From Octopus bimaculoides (lineage: Eukaryota): 37,866 nt of DNA. The translations under genes and the position numbers were made by a program. Shown here piece after piece: positions 1 to 10,310 of the stretch. Numbering within the stretch: position 1 is the first letter of the stretch; every line of letters starts with the position of its first letter. The stretch spans positions 57,275,858 through 57,313,723 of the forward strand of contig NC_068991.1 of NCBI RefSeq assembly GCF_001194135.2. The letters run 5' to 3'. The notes under the pieces are model-generated. The model worked only from the letters and a program-made list of their open reading frames with translations, made no database searches and was not told where the DNA came from.

Positions 1-21
1 TATATATATATATATATATAT

Positions 22-182
22 ACGACGGGCTTCTTTCAGTTTCCGTCTACCAAATCCTCTCACAAGGCTTTGGTCGGCCCGAGGCTATAGTAGAAGACAC
101 TTGCCCAAGGTGGCACACAGTGGGACTGAACACAGAACCATGTGGTTCGTAAGCAAGCTACTTACCACACAGCCACTCCGCC
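22..182 (-). mobile_element. SINE family A (tRNA-derived head, CORE-like centre), 5' half
   Basis: Reverse complement reads ggcggagtggctgtgtggtaagtagcttgc...gttcagtccca...ccttgggcaagtgtcttctactatagcctcgg. Near-identical to copies at 12898-13318, 15544-15942 and 22755-23174. It has A/B-box-like motifs. Confidence 0.88.
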
Positions 183-423
183 TAATAGCAAAAAAAAAAA
201 AAAAAAACAGGAAAAAAATAATGTAGTGGATTCCGTTGATGAAACCCAAATTAGTTTTACAGATATAAATTTCCTGATGCGCTATGCTTCAATTTATCCG
301 AGAAGATCCTTCTAACAAAGGAAATTCTATGTAGTCACTTGAACTGCTATGCATAACAGCTAAATCTCTCTCAAAGCACAGAGAATACTGTCTTAAATAA
401 AGGATTAGCTACTGTATTGCAAT

Positions 424-760
424 ATCACAGTATTGACCAGATCACCAGATGCTGTTATACACCACTGGTCACAATGCGCTTCCAATTCTGTCTTGAGTGT
501 GCCATTATTTTCCATTTTCAACCAAATCGCTTGACAAATCGTCTTCCCATCGTCGTGTAAGCCTTCCAAGTGGCCTCTTCTAAGTCTCTTAGATACCACC
601 CAGCAACTGCACGGGTCTATCTGTTGTCTGTGAACCTTGCGACATGTTTGGCTTAGAGGTACTTGTGCTTTCGGTACGCTGCAATCACAGCGTTTACCCC
701 GTTCCGTTCTCTCTTGCGACAGGCTTCCGCACCGTTTCAGTCTACGAAAGTCATTCAGGA
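424..760 (-). mobile_element. Decayed RTE-clade LINE, 3' end of the RT ORF plus 3' tail
   Basis: Minus-strand translation RERNGVNAVIAAYRKHKYL*AKHVARFTDNR*TRAVAGWYLRD / KRPLGRLTRRWEDDL (one frameshift). This matches the RTE C-terminal motif W-x-GHVAR-x-DNRWT...W-x-P...KR-x-x-GRP-x-x-RW-x-D. Confidence 0.85.
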
Positions 761-780
761 AGCATTAATCAGCTCAGGAA

Positions 781-883
781 AATAGTAGAAGACACCTGCC
801 CAAAGTGCCGCGCGGTGGGACAGAACCTGAATGCACGTGGTTACAAAGCGAGCTTCTAAAGAAACAGAGCTATGTTTACGCCT
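781..883 (-). mobile_element. Older, diverged SINE-A head fragment
   Basis: atagtagaagacacctgcccaaagtgccgcgcggtgggacagaacc aligns to the SINE-A head and core. Confidence 0.65.
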
Positions 884-999
884 GCCAAATCAAAATAGAA
901 AAGAAAAAAAGCTTGGTCTGAGAATAAGCAGAGACATTAATATTACATTTATATGTAAGATGTTAACAGATTTAAAACTAAAAGTGATCTAGGAGGCAG

Positions 1000-1144
1000 A
1001 GGGCTAGGGATTACATCGACACAACTGCTCAACTAGTAATTATTCTATCGACCCCGAAAAGACGAAGGGCATTCGAACTCAAGACAGACGACATGCCGCT
1101 AAGCATTTTGCCCGGCGTGCTAACGATACTGCCAGCTCGACGCC
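1000..1144 (-). mobile_element. SINE family B (head ggcggcgagctggcagaa...), partial
   Basis: Contains gattacatcgac, tatcgaccccgaaa and gccgctaagcattttgcccggcgtgctaacgatactgccagctcgacgcc, shared with about 10 other copies in the window. Confidence 0.8.
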
Positions 1145-1145
1145 T

Positions 1146-1222
<77 letters not shown>
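1146..1222. repeat. Compound (GAT)n(AAT)n microsatellite
   Basis: Read directly from the sequence. Confidence 0.97.
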
Positions 1223-1225
<3 letters not shown>

Positions 1226-1532
1226 GCCCTGATGCGGTACCAGGCAGTGGCTTTCATGCCTTCTGATCTTAACTGATTGGAAGTGTTATCATGAACATTG
1301 TTTTGTCTTGATATAAAAGAAGGGCTACAACAAATATTCTGCTCAATACCACAGATTTGTTTGTCAGTTATTCGACCTTTACTAGTTGAGCATGTTTCAT
1401 AGTGTCTGACGATATGTGCATCTCTGATCACGAGCAGAAGTAGTTGGGGAGCATCATAGCGATGTGTTGAGAGGAATTGTTTGGGGTTTGGATAATTCAC
1501 CTTTGGAAACATGCGTGCTTCGTTCAACATCC
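1223..1532. mobile_element. Unclassified (AAT)n-flanked interspersed repeat (family D), partial copy 1
   Basis: acattgttttgtcttgatataaaaga...gggtttggataattcacctttggaaacatg aligns with 19120-19360. It starts directly after an (AAT)n run. Confidence 0.75.
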
Positions 1533-1740
1533 TTTAATCTATATCTATCTGCTGAAGCGAGTACCCCTTTTAGCTGCCTTTGATATGCAGTCTCAACACC
1601 ACACTTACAGAACTAGTTCAAGCCGGAGTTTTAATGGTAAATCTAAAAGAGCACTCATAGTACATACTTTTCACTTTACGTCAGTTGACGAAAACTTCTT
1701 ATATAGTGTATAATGAAATATTGGTAATCAGAAAATGCAA
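1532..1740 (+). repeat. ~205-bp direct duplication, copy 1 (partner at 4011-4215); contains a candidate 63-nt exon at 1574-1636
   Basis: About 90% identical to 4011-4215 by eye. Exon boundaries: ccttttag|CTG...ATG|gtaaat. Confidence 0.9.
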
Positions 1741-1824
1741 GTGTCTTCTACTATAGCCTCGGGCCGACCAAAGCCTTGTGAGTGGATTTGGTAGACGGAA
1801 ACTGAAACAACCCGGTCGTATATA

Positions 1825-1902
<78 letters not shown>

Positions 1903-2165
1903 TGTGTCGCTGTGTGTGTGCGTGCGTGTGTGTGTATTTATGTGTGTGTGTTTGTGTGTGTCTGTGTTTGTCCCTCCACCATCGCTTGACAACCGATGTT
2001 GGTGTGTTTACGTCACTGTAACTTAGCAGTCCGGCAAAAAGTGACCAATAGTATAACTACTAGGCTTACAAAGAATTATTTCTGGGGTTGATTTGCTCGA
2101 GTAAAATGGTGGTGCTCCAGCATGGCCACAGTCAAATGACTGAAACAAATAAAAGAATAAAAGAA
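1737..2165 (+). mobile_element. SINE-A, 5'-truncated, with an expanded internal (GT)n
   Basis: Runs gcaagtgtcttctactatagcctcgggccgacc...(GT)n...gtgctccagcatggccacagtcaaatgactgaaacaaataaaagaataaaaga. Confidence 0.9.
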
Positions 2166-2575
2166 AAAGACTGCAACAGAGGAACTTGTCTGTTAATAGA
2201 TATGTCTGTCCCACAAGATCAAAATGTCTCAAGAAAGGAAAGCTTGCTGACTATAAAGACCTGGAAATTGAAATCACAAAAATGTGGAAGCTTAGTACTA
2301 CGATAATACCAGTAGTAATTGGTGCGCGTTGAGAATGACAAAGAAGGGAGCTGAGAAGTATATGAAGCAACTCCCTGGTAACTCCAATCTCCGAGAATTA
2401 CAAAAGATAACCTTGATGAGTCAAGCCCATATATTACGAAGAACACTCTCCATCTAAAGTGATAATGTTAGCATGCATAGCAAAGCAAAAGTGCTTTTGC
2501 TACTCTTGACCCCCGGAGGATGATCGGTACTAAGGCAACTGAAATAAAGTTACAAGGAATGGCAACCATAAATGA
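2166..2575 (+). mobile_element. R4/Dong-type non-LTR retrotransposon: C-terminal restriction-like endonuclease region plus 3' UTR, frameshifted
   Basis: TCLLIDMSVPQDQNVSRKE / KLADYKDLEIEITKMWKLSTTIIPVVIGA / LRMTKKGAEKYMKQLPGNSNLRELQKITLMSQAHILRRTLSI* (stop at 2455-2457). This is the typical RLE C-terminus. The 3' UTR runs into (AAC)n. Confidence 0.88.
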
Positions 2576-2587
2576 AAACAACAACAA

Positions 2588-2618
<31 letters not shown>

Positions 2619-2685
2619 AACAACAACAGCAGCAACAACAACAGCAACAACAATAATATTAATGATGATGATGATGATGATGATC

Positions 2686-2727
<42 letters not shown>

Positions 2728-2908
2728 GTTTCAAATCTTGCCACAAGGGCAGCCATTTTGGGGGAGGGGATGAGGTGATTACATCGACCCCCAGTGTTTC
2801 ACTGGTACTTAATTTTTCGAACCTGAAAGGTCGTCGCCTTCATAACAATAATGATAATAATAATAGTAATATTAATGATGATGATGATGATGATGATAAT
2901 AATAATTA
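2576..2908. repeat. Compound (AAC/AGC)(GAT)(AAT) microsatellites surrounding an internally deleted SINE-B (2724-2840, minus strand)
   Basis: Read directly. The SINE-B 3' part gattacatcgacccccagtgtttcactggtacttaa is joined to a head remnant, tcgtcgcc. Confidence 0.85.
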
Positions 2909-3550
2909 TATACTCTATATCATTGTATCTTAGACTCAGTTTATGGGGTTATATAAATTTCTGTTGCTATGTGATATCCAGTAATATTCATATTTATTTA
3001 AATACCTGGCAATTATTCCATCGATTGAAACCCTTATATAAGTCAATGAATGTGTTGTTTTTCTAGAAACTAAACTATACTTCAAAAAACAAATACAATT
3101 GTAGCCGATATGGGAGATAACTCTTAAAATAAATTTACGAGTGCCTCATCTTGATTGTGAAAACGACTGCGTGAATAATATTTTTTTAAAAAATCAATCA
3201 ATGTTTTCATGCAGTGAGTGCGATGTTTAAGAGAGACTCAATCAATAACACAGTGTATGAAGTGCTTTGTTGTACTTTATTATAATTCCCAAAGTTCTGT
3301 GTTCAAATCCCACCCGGAATTTTTTGCTTTTCGTCCTTCCTCGCTCGATATATCCTATATCAAACTCGATATCAATTATACATATTGATCCTATTCCTGT
3401 AAATGTTATATATCAATAGGTTAAGAGTTTGTACATGAATTATATTTTAATACAAAACAAGTTTAATTAATAGATAGGCTAAACTTTCTTTGAATGTATG
3501 GTTACTTTCATCTCATTTTCCACGCTTCTAGAATGACACATCTTTCTAAC

Positions 3551-3828
3551 TTTTACTTGTTTCTAAGTATTGGACTGTGACCATGCTGGGGCACCATCTT
3601 GGGAGAGTTTCGTCGAACCAATCTACCTCAATTTTTACTTTTTAAAACTTAGTACTTATTCATTCAATCTCTTTTAAAAAAAGCTAAGATACAAGGACGT
3701 AAACAAACCGACACCAATTGTCAAGCGGTGGTGCAAAACACACATTCGCGCGCGTGCACACACACAAGCCCGTATACATATATATGTGACGCGCTTCTTT
3801 CAGTTTCCGTATACCAAATTCACTCAAT
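3551..3828 (-). mobile_element. Diverged SINE-A, 3' two-thirds
   Basis: ttttacttgtttc...gactgtgaccatgctggggcacc...cttctttcagtttccgtataccaaattcactca. Confidence 0.8.
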
Positions 3829-4010
3829 ATAGACTATTTTACATTTGTGAGTAAAGGTTAACTGAATTTAAACCCAAGCTTTATTTCTAATAATCGAAAA
3901 TTATATATGTATGAAATATATATAAGAGAATCTGTATGTATATATATTCTCTAGCTATGTATTAAATGTCTTTTTCACGTGAGGCCAAACGTTTTGCTTT
4001 CTCATTTTTA

Positions 4011-4215
4011 CTTTAATCTATATCTACCTGCTGGGGCACCCCTTCTAGCTGCCTTTGATATGCAATCTCAACACCACACTTTCAGTAGTATTTCAAGCCG
4101 GAGTTTTAATGGTAAATCTAACAGAATACTCATAGTACATACTTTACACTTTACGTCAGTTGACGAAAACTCCTTATATAGTGTATAATGAAATATTGGT
4201 AATCAGGAAATGCAA
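4011..4215 (+). repeat. ~205-bp direct duplication, copy 2; contains a candidate 63-nt exon at 4049-4111
   Basis: Partner of 1532-1740. A long pyrimidine tract upstream, then ccttctag|CTG...ATG|gtaaat. Confidence 0.9.
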
Positions 4216-4323
4216 ACAAATCTGTTAATCTAATAAAGAATAAAAAGTTTTGAATGGTACAACAATGCACTATAATACAAAAAATGGACTATATACTTGT
4301 TGTAATTTAGTTATCTATAGTCC

Positions 4324-4358
4324 AATGATATTTCGGAATACAATTCCTTCTTCAGATC
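4324..4358 (-). ncRNA. Minimal type I hammerhead ribozyme motif (Penelope-type), CUGAAGA core
   Basis: Minus strand: gat-CTGAAGA-a-ggaa(ttgta)ttcc-GAAA-T-ATC-att. It has the full core, a 4-bp stem II, a palindromic ATAT stem III and an AUC cleavage triplet. Stem I is only about 3 bp. Confidence 0.6.
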
Positions 4359-4804
4359 TTCTTAGATGGAGTCTCTGCTATAAACTGTTTACTAACAGCT
4401 TTTCTCTTTCGTTTTTTTTTTCCGGAAGTGTCGCAGTAGTGGTCTCACGAAGCTCCTTTAGAAATCGATTTCATGTCTTAGAGCTTAGCTTTGCAACATG
4501 AAACTTTGTTCATATTGAAACAGAGTTTTATATGTATGTGGTCTAACATCATGATATTTTACAGAAGAGTCTTGTGGAATAGAGAATGTAAAATGGGTGA
4601 CATGGGTGTCTGGTCGTTGTTGCTTATTACTATATTTTTGCATACTTGCAACCTCAACTAATTAACAGTGCCTATTTGCGCTGCTGGAGTTGAATGCAAG
4701 CACTCTTGGGTAGCTGGAGATCTCTATAAACCCAGCTAATTCAGAGAGACAGAGACCATTAATGTAAGAACAAGGAAGTTAGATACTGAACAGTTACTAA
4801 ATAG

Positions 4805-5152
4805 GTTTCGAGTTTTGGTACTCAGCTAGTAGTTATTTTATCGTCTCTGAAAAGAATGAAAAACAAAGTCGACTTTGGCGGAATTTGAACGAAATGCCGC
4901 TAAGTATTTTGCTCGGCGTGCTAATGATTCTTATTACTTTATTGCCCTCAAGGGGCTAAACATACAGGGGACAAACAAGGGGATTAAGTCGATTACATCG
5001 ACCCCAGTACGTAACTGGTACTTAATTTATTGACCCCAAAAGGATGAAAGGCAAAGTCGACCTCAGCGGAATTTTAACTCAGAACGTAGTAGCAGACGAA
5101 ATACAGCTAAGAATTTCGCCCGACGGGCTAACGATTCTGCCAGCTCACCGCC
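4805..5152 (-). mobile_element. SINE-B dimer: a younger subfamily joined to an older copy at 4931/4932
   Basis: Two consecutive SINE-B bodies. Junction on the + strand: gctaatgattct|tattactttattgccctcaaggggctaaacat. Same architecture as 27795-28221. Confidence 0.85.
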
Positions 5153-5951
5153 TTAACTAGATTATTAAATTAATAGCTAATCAGTGATTGAAACTGTATA
5201 TTTAAACTATAGTTTAACACCTGGAAAGTGATTGTTTGTAGAGGTGTTAAAAATATAAAACTATATTAACTTGTTGAAGCGAAAATTTGAAATGTTTACA
5301 CAGCAAAAGCAAAATGTTAGTGTTGGATAATTTCGATTGAATATAGATAATATCAAAATATGAAAATAAATAAACTAATTTCTGAGTTAGGGATAACACA
5401 ATTAGCAAACTCATAGGAGAAAAAAAACTTAGTAACGTAAATATTCTTAACATACAAAGAGCAGCTATTACTTCATTATAATAACAAAAGATGAATGCAA
5501 TAATTATGTCCCAGAGTGACGGGAAAGCATCACAAAGGAAGATAAAAAAAATTACTCCGGATTATTCAAAGAAGGAGGGAAAACGAATCGGAAGAAGCCG
5601 AGAAAAACAAACAAGCATAGCATCAAAGTAATGTATATGTTATGAGCAAATTAACGCTCCATCAATATATTGGTAAAAACGATCTTTTGTGATTGATACG
5701 CCACAATTTCGGTGATACCTAGAGAATATTACGGACCCAAAACATTCAGTATTATGAAGTGTTGAAATAAAACTTATTCCCACGTTTCGAATTAAAGGCG
5801 GAATTTATCAATATCTATACAAGTTGTTGTGGGGACGAAAAGGAATATAAAGTAAAAAAAGTTTTTTGTTCAACAAAAGCCTCGTTTTATGTAAGACACT
5901 GCGTCCGATTTATAGACTAAATCATATTCTCTTCTCCAAATACATATGGTC

Positions 5952-5954
<3 letters not shown>

Positions 5955-6000
<46 letters not shown>
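5955..6000. repeat. (GT)n microsatellite
   Basis: Read directly from the sequence. Confidence 0.97.
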
Positions 6001-6001
<1 letters not shown>

Positions 6002-6591
6002 TATTTCTATTTTAAGGTAAGTAGTTGGGTGTGCATGTATTTAGGCTATAAGCTTGACACATGTGTAGGCGGTTTCAATGGAAAAAAAAGTCTATCTCCT
6101 CGCTATCGATAGATGCGTAAAAAACAAAAATGCGACTTGGTTAACCAAAAGAAAAGTTTCTTGAAAACGCTATTTAAAAAACAAAGGCATCAACTACGCA
6201 GTTGAATCATTTACTCATATGGGACCCGCCCTAACTAAAACATTGGATAAACAAAAAGCGATGGAACTTTAGTATCGGTAACAAGTACATTATCTTTCTT
6301 AAACAAAGAATTATCTATGATAACTAAACCTGTAAATTCTAATAAACTGTTATAAGGGAAGTCCAGTAAGTGTTGATCAAGAAAGTAAAAAATTATGCTG
6401 TAAATAATACATTCATTTAAGTTTCTTCATTTCTAATCCAAACCTCAGACAAAAACCAGATGTTGCTTTTTTTGCGGGGTCCAATGTAGATTTATGAATT
6501 GAGGTATTTCACTGTATTATCAGCATTTATAACATATTTTTGATGGGCTATGGTTAAGATTAGGTTTAAAATATTTTCATTGTCGGATAGA

Positions 6592-6905
6592 CAGTGCCGT
6601 AAGGTATCGGCACACTGGGCAATTGTCCGGAACCTCGCATGTCTAGAGGCCTAACTCTGATCAATCCTTGCTGTGGCTTTCTGCCAAGGAATCAATACTA
6701 TAGGCTCTCGTGTATTGATTTGCCAGGGGGTCTGATGGGTCCAAGGGACCAATTCTGATCAATGCATGCTGTGAATAAATACTATAAAGCCAAGTACATT
6801 GATTAGCTCGGGGGTCTCATGGGTCTTGACTCCAACTCTGATCTATGGATGTTGTGGTTTGCTGCCAATAAATATATACTATAGGGTCCAGTACATTCAT
6901 TTTCC
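6592..6905. repeat. Three diverged 83-98 bp tandem units, preceded by a cagtgccgtaagg...gggcaattgtccgg motif resembling a DNA-transposon/MITE end
   Basis: Units start near 6653, 6751 and 6834 (aa(c/t)tctgatc...tg(c/t)tgtg...atactata...ggggtct.atgggtc). The transposon assignment is a guess. Confidence 0.65.
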
Positions 6906-7470
6906 AGAATAATGTAAAGATGGCTCTGCGGATAAATTTTAGACTTAATTCTAAACAAATAACCTGTAATTAGCATCAGGTCACTTTTGCATCATTTGAG
7001 TCCCAGTCGGACTGTAAGAGAATATTGCACCTATATAAATGATTAGAGAGAATTATGTGAATATCAAGCAAATCCATGGAGAATCGCCGATGAAGAGGTG
7101 CCCTATATATTTTCTAAAATCATGCTTCGTCTGATGAGATATAGGCACGAACCAGTGGTTAATCGGAGCGAGCAAGTTTTACATAGACACAGCAATATTT
7201 TTTTTTAAAAGAACGTCTAAATAAAGCGATAAAAATGTAAATATCAGTGTCCATAAGATATCTTTGACTTCATTTCTAGTAAAAATAGTTATCTCCAGAC
7301 TTCGATTGGAGATAACTAAAATTAAAGGCACGAAAACTAAGACCATAATGGACATGTACGACTGCTATTTGATACGGGTTACCAGTGTTTGCCCACAACT
7401 CCTCTGAGTGGTTTTGAACACGGAATTACATCGTTCCAAACAAAATTAGTTTCACAACCATGTCTTTCAA

Positions 7471-7689
7471 TAATGGTTTCAAATTTTAGTACAAAGCAGT
7501 TTTAAAGGAAGGTGTTAGTCAGTTACATCTACCCCAGTACTGAAATGGTATTTAGTTTATCGACGTCGAAATGATGAAAAACAAAGTCGATCTTAGCGGA
7601 AGTTGAACTCAGAACGTAAGGCCGGAAGAAATGCCACATTGCATTTTCGCATTTTTGTGCGTTGACAATTCGAACAGCTTGTCACCTAC
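7471..7689 (-). mobile_element. Diverged SINE-B
   Basis: aatggtttcaaattttagtac...ttacatctaccccagtactg...aaagtcgatcttagcggaagttgaactcagaacgt. Confidence 0.8.
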
Positions 7690-8244
7690 TCATGTTTTTT
7701 TTCTTCTTCTTATAGTAAAGCGAGTTTCTTAACCACAAAACCATAAATGTGCATGCACGTTTTCTTTGTTTTCATGCGTTTAGTAAAATAAAATTACAGA
7801 AAAAAAGAAAAGAATAGAAACTTTACGAAGACAGGTTGTCCTACTTCTTTCACTGTTCTTGTTAATTTTTAATTCTGCTATAATGTTTGTGGTTACCAAC
7901 ATATTAACGTCAGCAGAAAGACGAAAGTTGTACTTGTATATGTAAACACTCGTTCAATACCTTATTTAAGTACCATTTAATAATTAGGTGACACTCTGAC
8001 TTGGATACTGGAGACGAAGTGAGATAGTCTCAGCTAGAATACGGACGCTGAAAAATCGATAGACAGGTAGTGAAATAGCTTGGGTTTCGAGGATTCACAG
8101 CATTTTAATATTTTACCGGAAAACCTGAGTGATCTACCATGACCTTCTTCTGTCCAAAATTCCAGATGAGCCTACATCACGGTAAAAAAGGGCAGATGAG
8201 GGCAGCAATATCAAAATTCCTCCTTCACCAAAAGCCAAACTCAC

Positions 8245-8278
8245 AAGAAAAGAGATAAAAATGGTGGCGGTCCAGCAT
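8245..8278 (-). CDS. Candidate first coding exon (MLDRHHFYLFS+1 nt) of an unidentified minus-strand gene
   Basis: Minus strand: ggac ATG CTG GAC CGC CAC CAT TTT TAT CTC TTT TCT T|GTGAGT, a consensus donor. It lies about 200 bp downstream of a promoter-like island. I could not identify a downstream exon or a homologue. Confidence 0.3.
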
Positions 8279-8454
8279 GTCCAAAGTCTTTGGGCTGGAG
8301 CGCACTTTTAACCGCAATGAAATGAATTCTCTACGGAATCGAAACCTTGTTGCTGTTTCTGCTGATTCGGCGTTAGTTTGTTTCTATTCTAAATCATTGA
8401 AAGTTTTAGTTCTAAAATTGGCCTTAAAATCGTCTTCAGATATTAGTCGATGGA

Positions 8455-8870
8455 CGAAGTGACGTAGTGAGAGTATGTGCCGCCCGGGGCAGGCCTTGAA
8501 TTTGTTGCCCGACTCCTGAGCTTCCAAGCCAATACAGACTTATACAACAGATCCAAAGGTGCCGCCCTCGTAAAACTGTCACCAGCAGTGGACTGTCTTT
8601 TTCTTCCCACCCTTAGTAGATGGGAGTGGTTACTAATGGTACATAACCGAAAATCAATGCAGTTATCATTAAATGACCAAATCTTGTCTAACTATAGGTC
8701 TGTGCCAAGAAATAGTCGTATGAGTTGATAGTGGGAGTGACGCTGTGTCATTCCAATGTGTTTCCTTATCTGCAAACGGGGCTAAGTTTCAAATTCTTCC
8801 GTGGGCGGTGTCACGAATCATAAAACGGTGGGTCTTGAAAGCAATCTTTACTCCACTAGCCGCCCCCAAC
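8455..8870. promoter_or_regulatory. CpG-enriched promoter-like island
   Basis: Four GC boxes (CCGCCC at 8480, 8562 and 8860; GGGCGG at 8803), two CCAAT (8529, 8753) and TGACGT (8460) within about 400 bp of unique sequence in an AT-rich window. Confidence 0.55.
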
Positions 8871-9229
8871 TTTATGCAGGCGAATATGAAAAGAACCTTT
8901 AATTCTATTTAGGGAGTTCAGTGAAGCAAATTTCACTGCTACGTTGATTACAGAGGTTGAGCAACAATATATTACAGCTTCCATCACTTTCCCCACTCTC
9001 AGCAATCTTCTGTGCGATGTGATAAAATGCGCCCGCGCCCGCGTGTGTGTGGGGGGTGGTGCCTGTGTGTATGTGTAGTGAAGTGGAATTTGAGTTACTG
9101 GAGTATCAAGTCAAACTTAAAAGGGAAATAAAATAGAAAAATACCGATGTTATATATATAACAAAAAGAAAAGGAAAACCTTAAACAAAAAGAATATAAA
9201 ATTGAACATATTTGTTATATATATATATA

Positions 9230-9232
9230 AAA

Positions 9233-9293
<61 letters not shown>

Positions 9294-9504
9294 NNNNNNN
9301 NNNTGTGTGTGTATATCTATCTAGCTAGCTAGCTAGCTATCTCTCTATATATCACAATTATGTTCCATCTTATAAACTTTCAGCTTCAGGTTTTCCTTTT
9401 CCTTTTGATATGAATATAATCGGTCTGTGAATGTGATAGACATACATATATAGACATACACAAACACCTCATATAGATTGTTATATCCACGTCAGTCTCT
9501 CTGT

Positions 9505-9553
<49 letters not shown>

Positions 9554-9965
9554 CTTACACACACACACACACTCACACGCACACATATATATATATAAAT
9601 GTGCATATAGGTACATGTACATAAATACACACATATTGCATATGTCTACAAATGTGCCCATATGCGTGTGTGCGCCTGCTTGTGTGTAAAGCTCTGCAAT
9701 GGTCCCTCAAGTTCTGATAAAGTCAATGCAGAGATGACGACGTAGCCGTGACTCGAGCCTATTTTGAGACGTGTCATTGATCATCCCTCTCCATGGGTGA
9801 TCGCAGCAAATATTTTCGGGAGGGATGGACAAAGAGAGGGAGAGAGAGGAGAGAGAGAAATGCAGAGAGAGGGAGAGAGAGGGACAGAGAGAGAGAGAGA
9901 GATAGACAAATAGACAGAGAGAGAAAGAGAGAAAGAGAGAGTGAGAGAGAGAGAGACATACAGAG
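9230..9965. repeat. Microsatellite cluster: (GT)n, (ATCT)n, (CA)n and a degenerate (GA)n
   Basis: Read directly from the sequence. Confidence 0.9.
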
Positions 9966-10122
9966 ATGTCCTCCAGCACAAGACTGGTACTTTATTTATC
10001 GATCACAAAGGATAAAAGGCTAGTTTGACCTCGAGACTATTTGTTCGACTCACTAACGATTATTCCAGCTCGCTGCCCTGTTAAAAGTAATAATAACAGC
10101 AGTAAAACATCAGGTTAACGAA

Positions 10123-10300
10123 TCTTGTTTGCTCGTAGATATATCAATCCCAGCAGATTGCAACACTTGGGTCAAAATTTTTTAAAAGATAACTAAATAT
10201 AAGGACCATGAAATAGAGGTCTCAAGAATGGAACATCTAGGAACAACTGTACATATGATCATAGGATCTTTGGGACAATACCAAAAGGCGCTCTTAAAGA
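10123..10300 (+). mobile_element. Second R4/Dong-type RLE fragment
   Basis: A single frame gives SCLLVDISIPADCNTWVKIF*KITKYKDHEIEVSRMEHLGTTVHMIIGSLG, homologous to 2166-2457. Confidence 0.82.
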
Positions 10301-10310
10301 CTATAGCATT

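Noticed and set aside
3067-3213. 147-nt AG/GT-bounded segment
   Set aside because: Stop codons in all three frames.
4085-4150. Minus-strand MSILLDLPLKLRLEILLKV, resembling an F-box motif
   Set aside because: Only 21 codons before a stop; the duplicate copy has extra stops; no downstream domain.
5712-5755. Very degenerate hammerhead-like string (ctagaga...ggacccaaaacattcagtat)
   Set aside because: The core has several mismatches and stem II cannot form; not supportable.
7085-7160. CTGATGA with nearby GAAC and a 10-bp hairpin as a hammerhead or C/D snoRNA
   Set aside because: No stem II or GAAA, and the box C to box D spacing is too short.
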